Positions 37,098-46,113 of a stretch of 64,000 nucleotides of DNA are shown here, piece by piece (the stretch's first letter is position 1; each line of letters starts with the position of its first letter). The translations under genes were made by a program, and so were the position numbers. The notes under the pieces are model-generated. The model saw only the letters and a program-made list of their open reading frames with translations. It ran no database searches and had not been told where the DNA came from. The DNA is from an uncultured Gammaproteobacteria bacterium (GTDB lineage: Bacteria > Patescibacteriota > Microgenomatia > Levybacterales > GWA1-39-11): NCBI GenBank assembly GCA_964627245.1, contig CAZVGS010000004.1, positions 22,806-86,805 of the forward strand, written 5' to 3'.

Positions 37098-38171
37098 ATG
37101 GTGGAAGCAAGACTTGCCACCATTTTTTGTACAATGCCGGCAATACAAAGAAGCGAGTTTGCTCTCGCACTTAACCAAATAGCTCAGGAAAGGGCTGTTG
37201 ATCCCGAAATTATTCTTGAGAGTATAAAGTCTGCGATTTTAGCAGCTTATAAAAAAGACCATGTCGCACCTCATGTAGAGGAAGTAAGTGAGGAAGAGGC
37301 TGAAAAAGAAGCCGAAAAATATGGCGCAGAGATAAATCCGAATACCGGTGAGACAAAGATTGTATACGACGGGAAAGATGTAACTCCTCCCGGGTTTGGC
37401 CGGATAGCAACCCAAACAGCCAAGCAGGTATTACTCCAAAAAATACGGGAACGCGAAAAAGATGCGATCATGGCCGAATACACCAAAAGAATAGGGACGG
37501 TTGTAAATGGTATGATACTGCGTTTTGCAGGGAGTGCAATAGTAGTTGATATTGGAAAAGCTGAAGCAATTATTCCCCAAAATCATAGAATTCAGAATGA
37601 AAATTATTATCTGAATAAAAAAATCGCTGTCTACATTGTTGAAATTGCAGATGATGAAAAGCGTGGCCGGGAAATAATTGTATCAAGAACCCACAATGGA
37701 CTTTTAGAAGGACTTTTCAGAAGGGAAGTACCGGAAGTTGCATCTGGCAGTGTTGTTATTAAGGAAATAATGCGTGAGCCGGGGTCAAGAGCAAAGATTG
37801 CTGTTACCTCTGATCAGTCAGGCATAGATCCTGTCGGTTCATGTGTAGGACAAAAAGGAGTAAGGATCCAGGCAGTAATTGATGCTGTAGACGGACTTGA
37901 AAAAATTGATGTAATCCAATGGAGCGGAGACCCGGTCCGTTATATAACAAACGCTTTGTCTCCGGCAAAAAATCTTACTATCGAAATAAAAGAAAAGGAC
38001 AAGGTGGCTGTAGTCAAAGCCCCTAAGGAAGAACTACCGTTAATAATTGGAAAAGAAGGACAAAATGTAAGGCTTGCGTCAAAGCTTACTGGATACAGTA
38101 TAGATGTTGAAGGAATTGAAACGCCTGTCGAGGAGGCAAAAGCTTCACCTGACAAAAAAAATGAAGCTTAA
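37098..38171 (+). CDS. nusA: transcription termination/antitermination factor NusA
   Basis: N-terminal NusA domain (IAQERAVDPEIILESIKSAILAAYKK), S1 domain, two KH domains. No C-terminal acidic repeats. Confidence 0.85.
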   Translation: MVEARLATIFCTMPAIQRSEFALALNQIAQERAVDPEIILESIKSAILAAYKKDHVAPHVEEVSEEEAEKEAEKYGAEINPNTGETKIVYDGKDVTPPGFGRIATQTAKQVLLQKIREREKDAIMAEYTKRIGTVVNGMILRFAGSAIVVDIGKAEAIIPQNHRIQNENYYLNKKIAVYIVEIADDEKRGREIIVSRTHNGLLEGLFRREVPEVASGSVVIKEIMREPGSRAKIAVTSDQSGIDPVGSCVGQKGVRIQAVIDAVDGLEKIDVIQWSGDPVRYITNALSPAKNLTIEIKEKDKVAVVKAPKEELPLIIGKEGQNVRLASKLTGYSIDVEGIETPVEEAKASPDKKNEA

Positions 38172-38258
38172 ATTTTTAATTTTTAATTTTGAATTTTTAT
38201 TGAAAATTACAAATTTTGAATTTGACATTAGTAGAATGTTAAGCACCAAACAAAATAT

Positions 38259-39734
38259 ATGGAATTACAAAATGACGTTTCTGAAAAACAAAACCAATCA
38301 AAATTATACCCCCCTGTTGTATCTGTCCTAGGACATGTAGATCACGGCAAAACAACACTCCTTGATACTATCAGAAAAAGTAATGTCGCAACGGGTGAAG
38401 CCGGGGGAATAACACAGGCTATCGGAGCTTCAAAAATAGAAATAACCCACGAAGGTAAAAAAAGATTTATCACTTTCATAGATACTCCGGGTCATGAAGC
38501 ATTTTCCAACATGCGTTCTCATGGGGTGAGCGCCTCAGATATAGTATTGCTTGTTGTGGCGGCTGACGACGGGATCAAGCCTCAAACCAAAGAATCGATA
38601 GACATGATACTAAAGTCAGAAAGCCCTTATATTGTAGTAATAACCAAAACGGACGCTCCCGGTGCAAATATTGAGAAAGTTAAGCAAGAGCTGGCAAAAG
38701 CAGGCGTTCTGCTTGAGGGACTAGGCGGAAATGTTCCATTTGTTGCAGTAAGTGCCAAAACAGGAGACAAAATTGCGGACCTTTTGGATCTTATTGTTAT
38801 TGTTTATGATTTTTCAGAAATTAAGAAGGATGCAAAAGACGCTTTCAGCGGGGTCGTAATTGAGGCAAAACTTGATAAGAGAAGGGGAATACTTGCCTCT
38901 CTTATCGTTAAAAAAGGCAAAATATCCATAGGTGACAAAGTATTCACCGATAGAAAAGAGGTTGGAAAAATTAGAGCACTGGTCGATACGGTTGGAGTAT
39001 CGGTTAAGGAAGCATATCCGGGGGATGCGGTTGAAGTTATGGGTCTTTCCGAGGTTTTGTCAGCAGGGGAAGTTATCAATACCATAACTGCAGGACATGT
39101 TAAGCAAGAAACTGCGGTTGGCACTCATACAACGGCAGATCTTATGAAGATACTTGCAACCAAAGCAAATGAAAAACTTCCGGTCATCATAAAAACACAG
39201 ACAAGCGGAGAATTTGAAGCAATATTAGCTTCCCTCCCTCAAAATGTTGAGGTTGTTTTTGAGGGAAGAGGTGAGATTTCCGCTTCCGACGTCTTAATGG
39301 CAAAGGATTTCGGGGCTATAATTGTCGGATTTAACGTAAAGATTGAAAAGCAGGCAGCGACATTAGCAGAATCCAACAAAACCTTTTTTAGAACCTACAA
39401 CATTATTTACAATCTCTTAGACGAGTTGGAGGATGCTGCTCAGCTGTTGATCGAAAGAGCGAGCAGGAAAATATTGGGAAAAGCGCAAATATTGGCTTCA
39501 TTTGAGGGAAATGAAGGCAAAATTATAGGTGCCCGTATAACAGAAGGTAGACTTTCGGTAGGGGATAAGGTAGTAATCGTGCATGGAGATAATGAAAGTC
39601 CTGAATGTAAAATAACTTCACTCAAGCAAGGCAAAAAAGACATTAAAGAGCTTGGAAAGGGAAATGAGTGCGGATTTATGATAGACACCGAAGTTGACTT
39701 TACTATAGGTGATATGGTATTATCCTGCGGATAG
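38259..39734 (+). CDS. infB: translation initiation factor IF-2 (short form: G domain + domains II-IV, no long N-terminal region)
   Basis: G1 VSVLGHVDHGKTTLLD. G3 DTPGHEAF. G4 TKTD. C-terminal beta-barrel domains. Confidence 0.85.
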   Translation: MELQNDVSEKQNQSKLYPPVVSVLGHVDHGKTTLLDTIRKSNVATGEAGGITQAIGASKIEITHEGKKRFITFIDTPGHEAFSNMRSHGVSASDIVLLVVAADDGIKPQTKESIDMILKSESPYIVVITKTDAPGANIEKVKQELAKAGVLLEGLGGNVPFVAVSAKTGDKIADLLDLIVIVYDFSEIKKDAKDAFSGVVIEAKLDKRRGILASLIVKKGKISIGDKVFTDRKEVGKIRALVDTVGVSVKEAYPGDAVEVMGLSEVLSAGEVINTITAGHVKQETAVGTHTTADLMKILATKANEKLPVIIKTQTSGEFEAILASLPQNVEVVFEGRGEISASDVLMAKDFGAIIVGFNVKIEKQAATLAESNKTFFRTYNIIYNLLDELEDAAQLLIERASRKILGKAQILASFEGNEGKIIGARITEGRLSVGDKVVIVHGDNESPECKITSLKQGKKDIKELGKGNECGFMIDTEVDFTIGDMVLSCG

Positions 39735-39824
39735 CCTTTGTAATTGAGCAGGACAAGCAAAGCTTGGCCTCAAGTTGAATAGAACGATCTAAGTTTGAAA
39801 TAATATAGGCTTATTCATAAAAAT

Positions 39825-41165
39825 ATGAATCCGAACATTACGCAGGAAATAAATCTTTTAAGAGAACTTCTAAATAGCCAAGGAGATCTTGGTATAGTTA
39901 TAGGATCACATCAAAATCTCGATACTTATGCCGCAGGACTTTCTTTGTACGCTTCTTTAAAAGCTTCCGGTAAAAAAGTACAGATCATCTCAAAAAAGGC
40001 TCCGACAGTTGAGGTAAGTAATCTTGTCGGAATAGACAAGGTTAGGGATAGTTTTGTTTCTGGAAATAATTCAAAACTCGTTATTTCCCTTCCTTATATT
40101 AAGGGTGAGGTTGAAAAAGTATTATTTACTGAATTCCCAAATCCTCAAAATCCTACAAATATTAATTTTCATTTGACCGCTGCTGAGGGAAAAAGTATAA
40201 CTCCATTTTCACTTTCAGATGTCAAGCTTCTATGGGAGGGAGGCGCCCCCGGAGCAGTTATCACAATTGGTGTTTCTTACATCGATGAATTGGCAGGAAT
40301 AGCTGATGATCCTCAAATAAAAATTGTTAATATTGATAATTTTTCTGGTAGCTCGCGGTTTGGTGATGTTGTTCTTGTTGATGAGTCTTTTTCTTCACTC
40401 TCTGAAGTATCTGCAAAAATCATAAAAGACTTGGCTTTGCCGGTTGATATCGATTCTGCACAAAATGTTTTGGACGGAGTACTTTTTGCAACAAGAAATT
40501 TCACAAAACCAAATACTTCTCCTTTAGCTTTTGAAGCAGCTTCGACTGCAATGTATAACGGTGCGCGGAGAAATGATGAAAAAGTGGATGTAAGACAGGA
40601 GCAAAGGCAAAATCCAAGACCCCAAAGGTACCAAGATAGGCAAGACGATCAAAGAGGAACTGTTCAGCAAAAGCAGCGAGTGGGAGATACTGATTTTCCT
40701 GCAATGCACATGCAGGGTTCAAGGAACCAGGGAGATGATAGAAGACAAAGAAATCAGCAGAGGGGACAGGAAGAAAGGGGCAGAAGACCTCAAAATCAGC
40801 CTCAAACTAGACAATTTCAAGACAGAAGCCAAAGACCCCAGCAGGCTTTTGGGCAAAACCCTAAAGATATCGAGGAATTGATGAGAAAGATAAATGAGGA
40901 AAATATGAAGAAACAACAACCAAGAAGAGATGATAGACAGCAACCTGTAAGAGTGCAAGAGGATGTAAGGGAAGATGAATTTGAGGAAAAGCAAAATGAA
41001 TTTACAAATCCTCAGATCCAAGATGCTCAAATTGTGGATGACAGAAGACAGGTCCAAGATGACTTTGAGCCTGAGCAAGCACCCTACACTCCTCCGGATC
41101 CGTCAGAAGTGCCTGATGACTGGTTGACCCCAAAAGTCTTCAAAAGCTCCAAAAGGAATAATTAG
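39825..41165 (+). CDS. DHH-family (NrnA-like) phosphoesterase homologue with degenerate DHH motifs and ~190-aa Arg/Gln/Asp-rich disordered tail
   Basis: IVIGSHQNLDTYAAGLSLYASL aligns to the NrnA HxNPDGDAxGS motif, but the Asp residues are replaced. Positioned where rbfA-neighbouring nrnA sits in other bacteria. Tail RQEQRQNPRPQRYQDRQDDQRG... Confidence 0.5.
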   Translation: MNPNITQEINLLRELLNSQGDLGIVIGSHQNLDTYAAGLSLYASLKASGKKVQIISKKAPTVEVSNLVGIDKVRDSFVSGNNSKLVISLPYIKGEVEKVLFTEFPNPQNPTNINFHLTAAEGKSITPFSLSDVKLLWEGGAPGAVITIGVSYIDELAGIADDPQIKIVNIDNFSGSSRFGDVVLVDESFSSLSEVSAKIIKDLALPVDIDSAQNVLDGVLFATRNFTKPNTSPLAFEAASTAMYNGARRNDEKVDVRQEQRQNPRPQRYQDRQDDQRGTVQQKQRVGDTDFPAMHMQGSRNQGDDRRQRNQQRGQEERGRRPQNQPQTRQFQDRSQRPQQAFGQNPKDIEELMRKINEENMKKQQPRRDDRQQPVRVQEDVREDEFEEKQNEFTNPQIQDAQIVDDRRQVQDDFEPEQAPYTPPDPSEVPDDWLTPKVFKSSKRNN

Positions 41166-41300
41166 GTTTTGTATGTCTAAAAATGGTGAGAATTCCTGGG
41201 GGATCTTTTGATAGATATGGAAAGTTACATATTTCTAACGGTTTGATCCCTTTAGTTAGCCGGCCAAATTTGGGGGGCAGATCTTCTCAGAGGATAGACA

Positions 41301-41329
41301 TTGCATTGCAGGCTCAGATTTTGTATAAT
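41301..41329 (+). promoter_or_regulatory. sigma70-type promoter TTGCAT-N17-TATAAT ending 7 nt before the rpsO ATG (leaderless mRNA predicted)
   Basis: TTGCAT 41301-41306. Extended -10 TGTATAAT 41322-41329. ATG at 41337. Confidence 0.55.
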
Positions 41330-41336
41330 ATCGGCT

Positions 41337-41606
41337 ATGCCATTAACGACTGACGAAAAAACAAACATAATTAAAGATAATGCAGTAATAGACGGAGACA
41401 CAGGATCTCCGGAAGTGCAGATTGCTCTTCTTACTCATAAGATCACAAAATTAACGGATCACCTTAAAATCCATCAAAAAGACTTTCATAGTAGACGCGG
41501 GTTACTAAATATGTTATCAAAGAGAAGAAGGCTATTTAACTTTTTAGTTAAAGTTGACACTAACCGTGCCGAAGGTATCGGGAAAAAAGTCGGTCTTGCA
41601 AAGTAA
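41337..41606 (+). CDS. rpsO: 30S ribosomal protein S15
   Basis: MPLTTDEKTNII..GDTGSPEVQIALLTHKITKLTDHLKIHQKDFHSRRGLLNMLSKRRRLFNFL is the canonical S15. The ORF-track start at 41301 is an upstream extension. Confidence 0.85.
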   Translation: MPLTTDEKTNIIKDNAVIDGDTGSPEVQIALLTHKITKLTDHLKIHQKDFHSRRGLLNMLSKRRRLFNFLVKVDTNRAEGIGKKVGLAK

Positions 41607-41658
41607 CTAAATAATCCACAAATTCTTGTTGGTTGTTGGGGTGTAAAAATATAAATTA

Positions 41659-44049
41659 ATGAAAAAAGTTTCAAAATCTTTTGAATTGAGAGGAAAGAAT
41701 ATTTCTTTCGAGACAGGAACGCTTGCGTCCTTGTCTACATCCAGTGTTTTGGCACGGATGGGAGATACTGTAGTTCTTGCAACTGTTACCATGGGCAGGA
41801 ATGATACTACATTGGACTACTTCCCTCTTTCAGTTGAGTATGTGGAGCATCTGTATGCCGGCGGAAAAATAAAAGGATCCCGTTGGGTTAAGCGTGAAGG
41901 AAGACCGTCCGATGACTCAATTCTAACCGGAAGACTTATCGACCGCTCAATACGCCCTCTATTTCCCAAAGAACTTAAAAAAGACATTCAAGTGATAGTT
42001 AACGTTTTATCTTCAGACGGGGTGAATGATGCGGATATTCTGTCAATTAATGCAGTAAGCGCAGCCCTTGCCGCTTCAAAAATTCCATGGAACGGACCTG
42101 TTGGAGCTTCAAGAATTGGTCTTAACCGCGAAACACAAGAATTGGCTGTAAATCCTGAAATGGCAACGGAGATAGACTTGGATTTTGTTTTGACAGCATC
42201 TGCTAATGGAAATACCGTTATGGTTGAGGCAGGAGCAAACCAGGTTGGAGAAGACATTGCCCTGCAAGCAGTGAAAATGGCAAAAGAGGCAAATTCGGAG
42301 ATGATTGAATTTATTAACGCTTTTGCAAAAGAAGTAGGAGAGAAAAAAGATGAAGTTGTAAAAGACGAGGAAAAATCCAAATACGTTGCTCTGGTAGATA
42401 AATCTTACAAGAAAAACATAGTAGATGTTTTGGAAGGTGAATTGGGAGAAAATGTGTCAGGTGATCTTCAAAAAATTGCCGATCTAATTGCAGAAGAAGA
42501 AAGCAAAAAGGCAAAACAAGGAGAAACAGTCGACAAGAAAAAGATATTTGAAGCAGTTGACTATGTATTCAAAAGAATAATCCGCGAGAATATTGTTGAC
42601 AAAGAAAAAAGATTTGACGGGCGAAAAATTGATGAGATAAGACCTCTTTCTTCTCAGGTTAGTTTTATTCCAAGAGTTCATGGATCGGCACTTTTCCAAC
42701 GCGGACAAACACAAGTTTTATCCATTGCAACTCTTGCGTCTAGTTCATTCGGACAGCTCATTGAGACGCTTGAAGGCGAGGAAACAAAGCGTTACATGCA
42801 TCACTACACTTTTCCTCCTTTCTCAGTAGGTGAGACGGGAAGAATAGGCAGTCCTTCAAGACGCGAAATCGGACACGGAGCGCTAGCTGAAAGGGCTATT
42901 GAAGCAGTACTTCCTACAGCCGAGGAATTCCCTTACGCAATAAGAGTAGTGAGTGAGGTTTTGTCTTCAAACGGCTCAACTTCAATGGCTTCAACCTGCG
43001 GATCAACTTTGGCACTTATGGATGCCGGAGTTCCGATAAAAGCACCTGTTGCAGGAATTGCAATCGGGCTCATGACTTTGGACAAAAAGTACAAGATTTT
43101 GACAGACATTATTGGTCTTGAAGACTTTGCAGGAGATATGGACTTTAAGGTTGCTGGAACAGAAAAAGGCATTACGGCCATTCAATTAGACGTTAAGGTT
43201 GATGCTTTGACTGATGAGATGATTGCTGAAGTTTTTGACCGCGCTCGCAAGGCAAGAATGGAAATTCTAAAAGTCATGCTAAAAGCACTTCCTGAGTCAA
43301 GAGCCGAAGTAAGCAGTTTTGCTCCAAAGATAAAGATGATAAAGATTGATCCTGAAAAAATAGGCGGAGTTATTGGATCAGGCGGAAAAGTTATTAAAAA
43401 TATTATTGCTATGACAGGTGCTCAGGTTGATGTTGAGGACGACGGATCTGTAAGTATATCGGCAGTTGATGATGAAGCTGTTAAGAAAGCTGTTGAATGG
43501 GTTGAGGGATTGACTCATGATGTTGAGCCCGGTGAAGTTTATGACGGAACGGTTAAGAGAATGATGAATTTTGGAGCATTTGTTGAGATATTACCAGGAA
43601 AAGAAGGACTTGTTCATGTATCCGAGATGTCAACTGACTATGTCCAGTCACCTGAGGATGTTGTTGAGATAGGACAAAAAGTAAAAGTAAGGGTTAAGGA
43701 AATTGATGATATGGGAAGAATTAATTTATCTATGAAATTTGGAGAGGATGCAGACAAACCATCTAAAAGACCGGAAGGGTCTGAGGGCGGAAATGGAGAT
43801 AGAGGAGGACGCGGAGGAGACAGAGGTCCAAGAGGCGGCGGCGGAAGACCCGGCGGAGGGTTTTCGCGGGGAGGACCCCCAAGAAGCGGTGGAGGCGGAT
43901 TTTCCAGAGGCGGAGGGCCTAGGCGTGATTTTGGTGGAGGACAGAGACCTTCAAGCGTTGGAAGAAGTTTTGGCGGAGGAAGAAGAAGCAGCGGAATTGA
44001 TAAAAAACCAACCTACGAAGGCGGACGGCGCGACGACTGGAGAGGTTAG
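41659..44049 (+). CDS. pnp: polynucleotide phosphorylase (PNPase) with ~90-aa C-terminal Arg/Gly-rich (RGG/FSRGG) tail
   Basis: Two RNase PH domains, KH and S1 domains. After the S1 domain comes GNGDRGGRGGDRGPRGGGGRPGGGFSRGGPPRSGGGGFSRGGGPRRDFGGG... Confidence 0.9.
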   Translation: MKKVSKSFELRGKNISFETGTLASLSTSSVLARMGDTVVLATVTMGRNDTTLDYFPLSVEYVEHLYAGGKIKGSRWVKREGRPSDDSILTGRLIDRSIRPLFPKELKKDIQVIVNVLSSDGVNDADILSINAVSAALAASKIPWNGPVGASRIGLNRETQELAVNPEMATEIDLDFVLTASANGNTVMVEAGANQVGEDIALQAVKMAKEANSEMIEFINAFAKEVGEKKDEVVKDEEKSKYVALVDKSYKKNIVDVLEGELGENVSGDLQKIADLIAEEESKKAKQGETVDKKKIFEAVDYVFKRIIRENIVDKEKRFDGRKIDEIRPLSSQVSFIPRVHGSALFQRGQTQVLSIATLASSSFGQLIETLEGEETKRYMHHYTFPPFSVGETGRIGSPSRREIGHGALAERAIEAVLPTAEEFPYAIRVVSEVLSSNGSTSMASTCGSTLALMDAGVPIKAPVAGIAIGLMTLDKKYKILTDIIGLEDFAGDMDFKVAGTEKGITAIQLDVKVDALTDEMIAEVFDRARKARMEILKVMLKALPESRAEVSSFAPKIKMIKIDPEKIGGVIGSGGKVIKNIIAMTGAQVDVEDDGSVSISAVDDEAVKKAVEWVEGLTHDVEPGEVYDGTVKRMMNFGAFVEILPGKEGLVHVSEMSTDYVQSPEDVVEIGQKVKVRVKEIDDMGRINLSMKFGEDADKPSKRPEGSEGGNGDRGGRGGDRGPRGGGGRPGGGFSRGGPPRSGGGGFSRGGGPRRDFGGGQRPSSVGRSFGGGRRSSGIDKKPTYEGGRRDDWRG

Positions 44050-44085
44050 AGGAAGCGTTTAGTTGTTAGGGTTTAGCGTTTAGTT

Positions 44086-44916
44086 TTAAGAATTCCCAAG
44101 TAGATAGCAAGCACTCTCCATTACTCTGTTAAATTTTCCATTGAATTCCTTAATAGTATCCCAATATGGCTTTCGGGTTGCCTGATCCATTATTAGTCCC
44201 CTGTTATATTCAATTTGAATTCCGACGACTTCGTTTCCGAAGTTGTTTTTAGGATTTGTATAATTTTGCATTATAAACCCTCCTTTATATGATGTGTTGA
44301 TTTCGACTTCATCAAGCTCTAGACTGAATTCTTTTGCGATATTTGATCTTACATTTTGAATAAATTCTGCAGAGCACGAGGCATATCCATTTGCAGGATC
44401 AACTCCTCCTGTTATTGACTTACCAAAGTTTGAAAGAATAAATTTCGGCATGGTTCTATTCTCCCCTGGTAATTTTCTATCCCTTTTGCCTGTTTTTAAG
44501 TTAAAATCTCCCGTATCGTGCTGATCCCAAAGAATGACCTTGTCAAAACCCTTCTCCTTTGAACTTTTTATCAAGCGTCTTATCTCATCATGATAAGGAT
44601 CCCAGTATGTCTTAAAACAGTATTCTTTCTCATCATCTGTTAATTCCTGACCTTTTTTCCATATAGCATTTCCATGGAAATCATTGAGCTTGAATAAAGA
44701 AGAATCCCTTGGCTGGTTGAGACTGCCAAGCCCTCGGATTGCTAGAGACTTTAAGTTGCCCAAAGCTTCGGGATGATATGAGGTATCAGCGGTATACATA
44801 TCCGTAAATTCACCAATATACCATGGATCCAAAATTATCCGGTCTGCAAAATTATGAAAGTCATCGCTATTGTGAGGCGCAGAAGTAATAAGAGGTAAAA
44901 CCATAATTGGCTTCAT
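44086..44916 (-). CDS. N-formylglutamate amidohydrolase-like (FGase family) zinc hydrolase, putative
   Basis: The N-terminal LPLITSAPHNS segment resembles the FGase hExxH-containing metal-binding start. Weak, from memory. Confidence 0.35.
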   Translation of the reverse strand: MKPIMVLPLITSAPHNSDDFHNFADRIILDPWYIGEFTDMYTADTSYHPEALGNLKSLAIRGLGSLNQPRDSSLFKLNDFHGNAIWKKGQELTDDEKEYCFKTYWDPYHDEIRRLIKSSKEKGFDKVILWDQHDTGDFNLKTGKRDRKLPGENRTMPKFILSNFGKSITGGVDPANGYASCSAEFIQNVRSNIAKEFSLELDEVEINTSYKGGFIMQNYTNPKNNFGNEVVGIQIEYNRGLIMDQATRKPYWDTIKEFNGKFNRVMESACYLLGNS

Positions 44917-44976
44917 TATATAATAAGTTTGCTTAATACTTAATTCTAATGCCTTAATTCTTGCTATAATTGATGT

Positions 44977-46113
44977 ATGGATTCTGCCCAGAAAACAGTA
45001 GATGGTAGTCAGGAGTTAGGAGCTGGAAACAATAACTCTCAAAACCCGGATTCTAATTCCCAAATTTCAAAACTTGAGACTTTGATAGTCAACGCAAAGT
45101 TACCTGAGGATTTAAATCAATCTGCAAAAGCGATGGTAGCTCGCCTCAAGATTGTAAAAGATCAACCCTCTTTTTATACAGAATATGACACTATTTCAAG
45201 ATATGTCACTTGGATAACAGCGCTTCCCTGGGGAAAAAAGTCCGAAGATATTTTAGATCTTTCACATGCCAAGCAGGTTTTGGATCACAATCACTACGGC
45301 CTTGAGGTTGTAAAAGAGCAGATTTTAGAATTCTTATCAATTATGATTTTGACAAAAGCCCGCGCCGGTCAGCAGGGAAGTGATATCATTGCAAGGGCTC
45401 CGATACTGTCTCTTGTGGGTCTTGCGGGGGTCGGTAAAACAACGATTGCATATTCAATTGCTGAGGCTTTGGGCAGGAAAATTGAAAGAATCCCATTTGG
45501 TGGAATGGGTAGCGCAAGCCAACTAAGAGGCAAATCCAGACTTTATTCAGATAGCGAACCCGGTTATGTGATAAAAGCCCTAAGACGAGCAGGTACTTCA
45601 AATCCGGTTATATTACTCGATGAAATAGATAGAGTTAGTGAGGAAGCAAGAGCAGATATTATGGGTGTGTTGGTAGAACTTCTGGATCCTTTGCAGAATA
45701 AAGCATTCACAGACCACTTCATAGACTATCCGGTAGATCTTTCACAAGTACTTTTTATTGCTACTTCAAATAATACCAAAGACATTTCAACCGCTGTTGT
45801 TGATAGGCTGGAGATAATCCAAATGCCATCATATACCGATGATGAAAAAACGGTTATTGGTAAGACTTATGTACTGCCAAAGGTAATGAAAGAGTCAGGT
45901 TTGACGCCCAACGAATTTGCTATAGCTGATGATGTTTGGCCTGAAGCAATAGTTAGGCCTTTGGGATACGACCCGGGAATAAGAGGTTTGCAGCGCGTTT
46001 TGCAGGGGATTGTTAGAAAAACCGTATACTACATGATGATCGGTAAAATTCCCCAAGGACAGAGATTTGTTGTGACCAATGAGAATGTAAAGAATTTTGT
46101 TTCGGCGTGGTAG
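44977..46113 (+). CDS. Lon-like AAA+ ATPase module without N-terminal LAN domain and without S16 peptidase domain
   Basis: Colinear with Lon: LVGLAGVGKTTIAYSIAEALGRK..RIPFGGMG..QLRGKSRLYSDSEPGYVIKALRRAGTSNPVILLDEIDRV...LDPLQNKAFTDHFIDYPVDLSQVLFIATSNN...VDRLEIIQMPSYTDDEK. The ORF ends after the alpha-helical lid. Confidence 0.75.
   Translation: MDSAQKTVDGSQELGAGNNNSQNPDSNSQISKLETLIVNAKLPEDLNQSAKAMVARLKIVKDQPSFYTEYDTISRYVTWITALPWGKKSEDILDLSHAKQVLDHNHYGLEVVKEQILEFLSIMILTKARAGQQGSDIIARAPILSLVGLAGVGKTTIAYSIAEALGRKIERIPFGGMGSASQLRGKSRLYSDSEPGYVIKALRRAGTSNPVILLDEIDRVSEEARADIMGVLVELLDPLQNKAFTDHFIDYPVDLSQVLFIATSNNTKDISTAVVDRLEIIQMPSYTDDEKTVIGKTYVLPKVMKESGLTPNEFAIADDVWPEAIVRPLGYDPGIRGLQRVLQGIVRKTVYYMMIGKIPQGQRFVVTNENVKNFVSAW

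Noticed and set aside
38215-38258. TTGACA hexamer upstream of infB as a promoter.
   Set aside because: No acceptable -10 element at 16-19 nt spacing. infB is more likely co-transcribed with nusA.
43739-44062. A 107-aa acidic ORF overlapping the PNPase 3' end in another frame.
   Set aside because: It arises from the GC-rich RGG-coding stretch. The pnp frame is continuous and homologous throughout.
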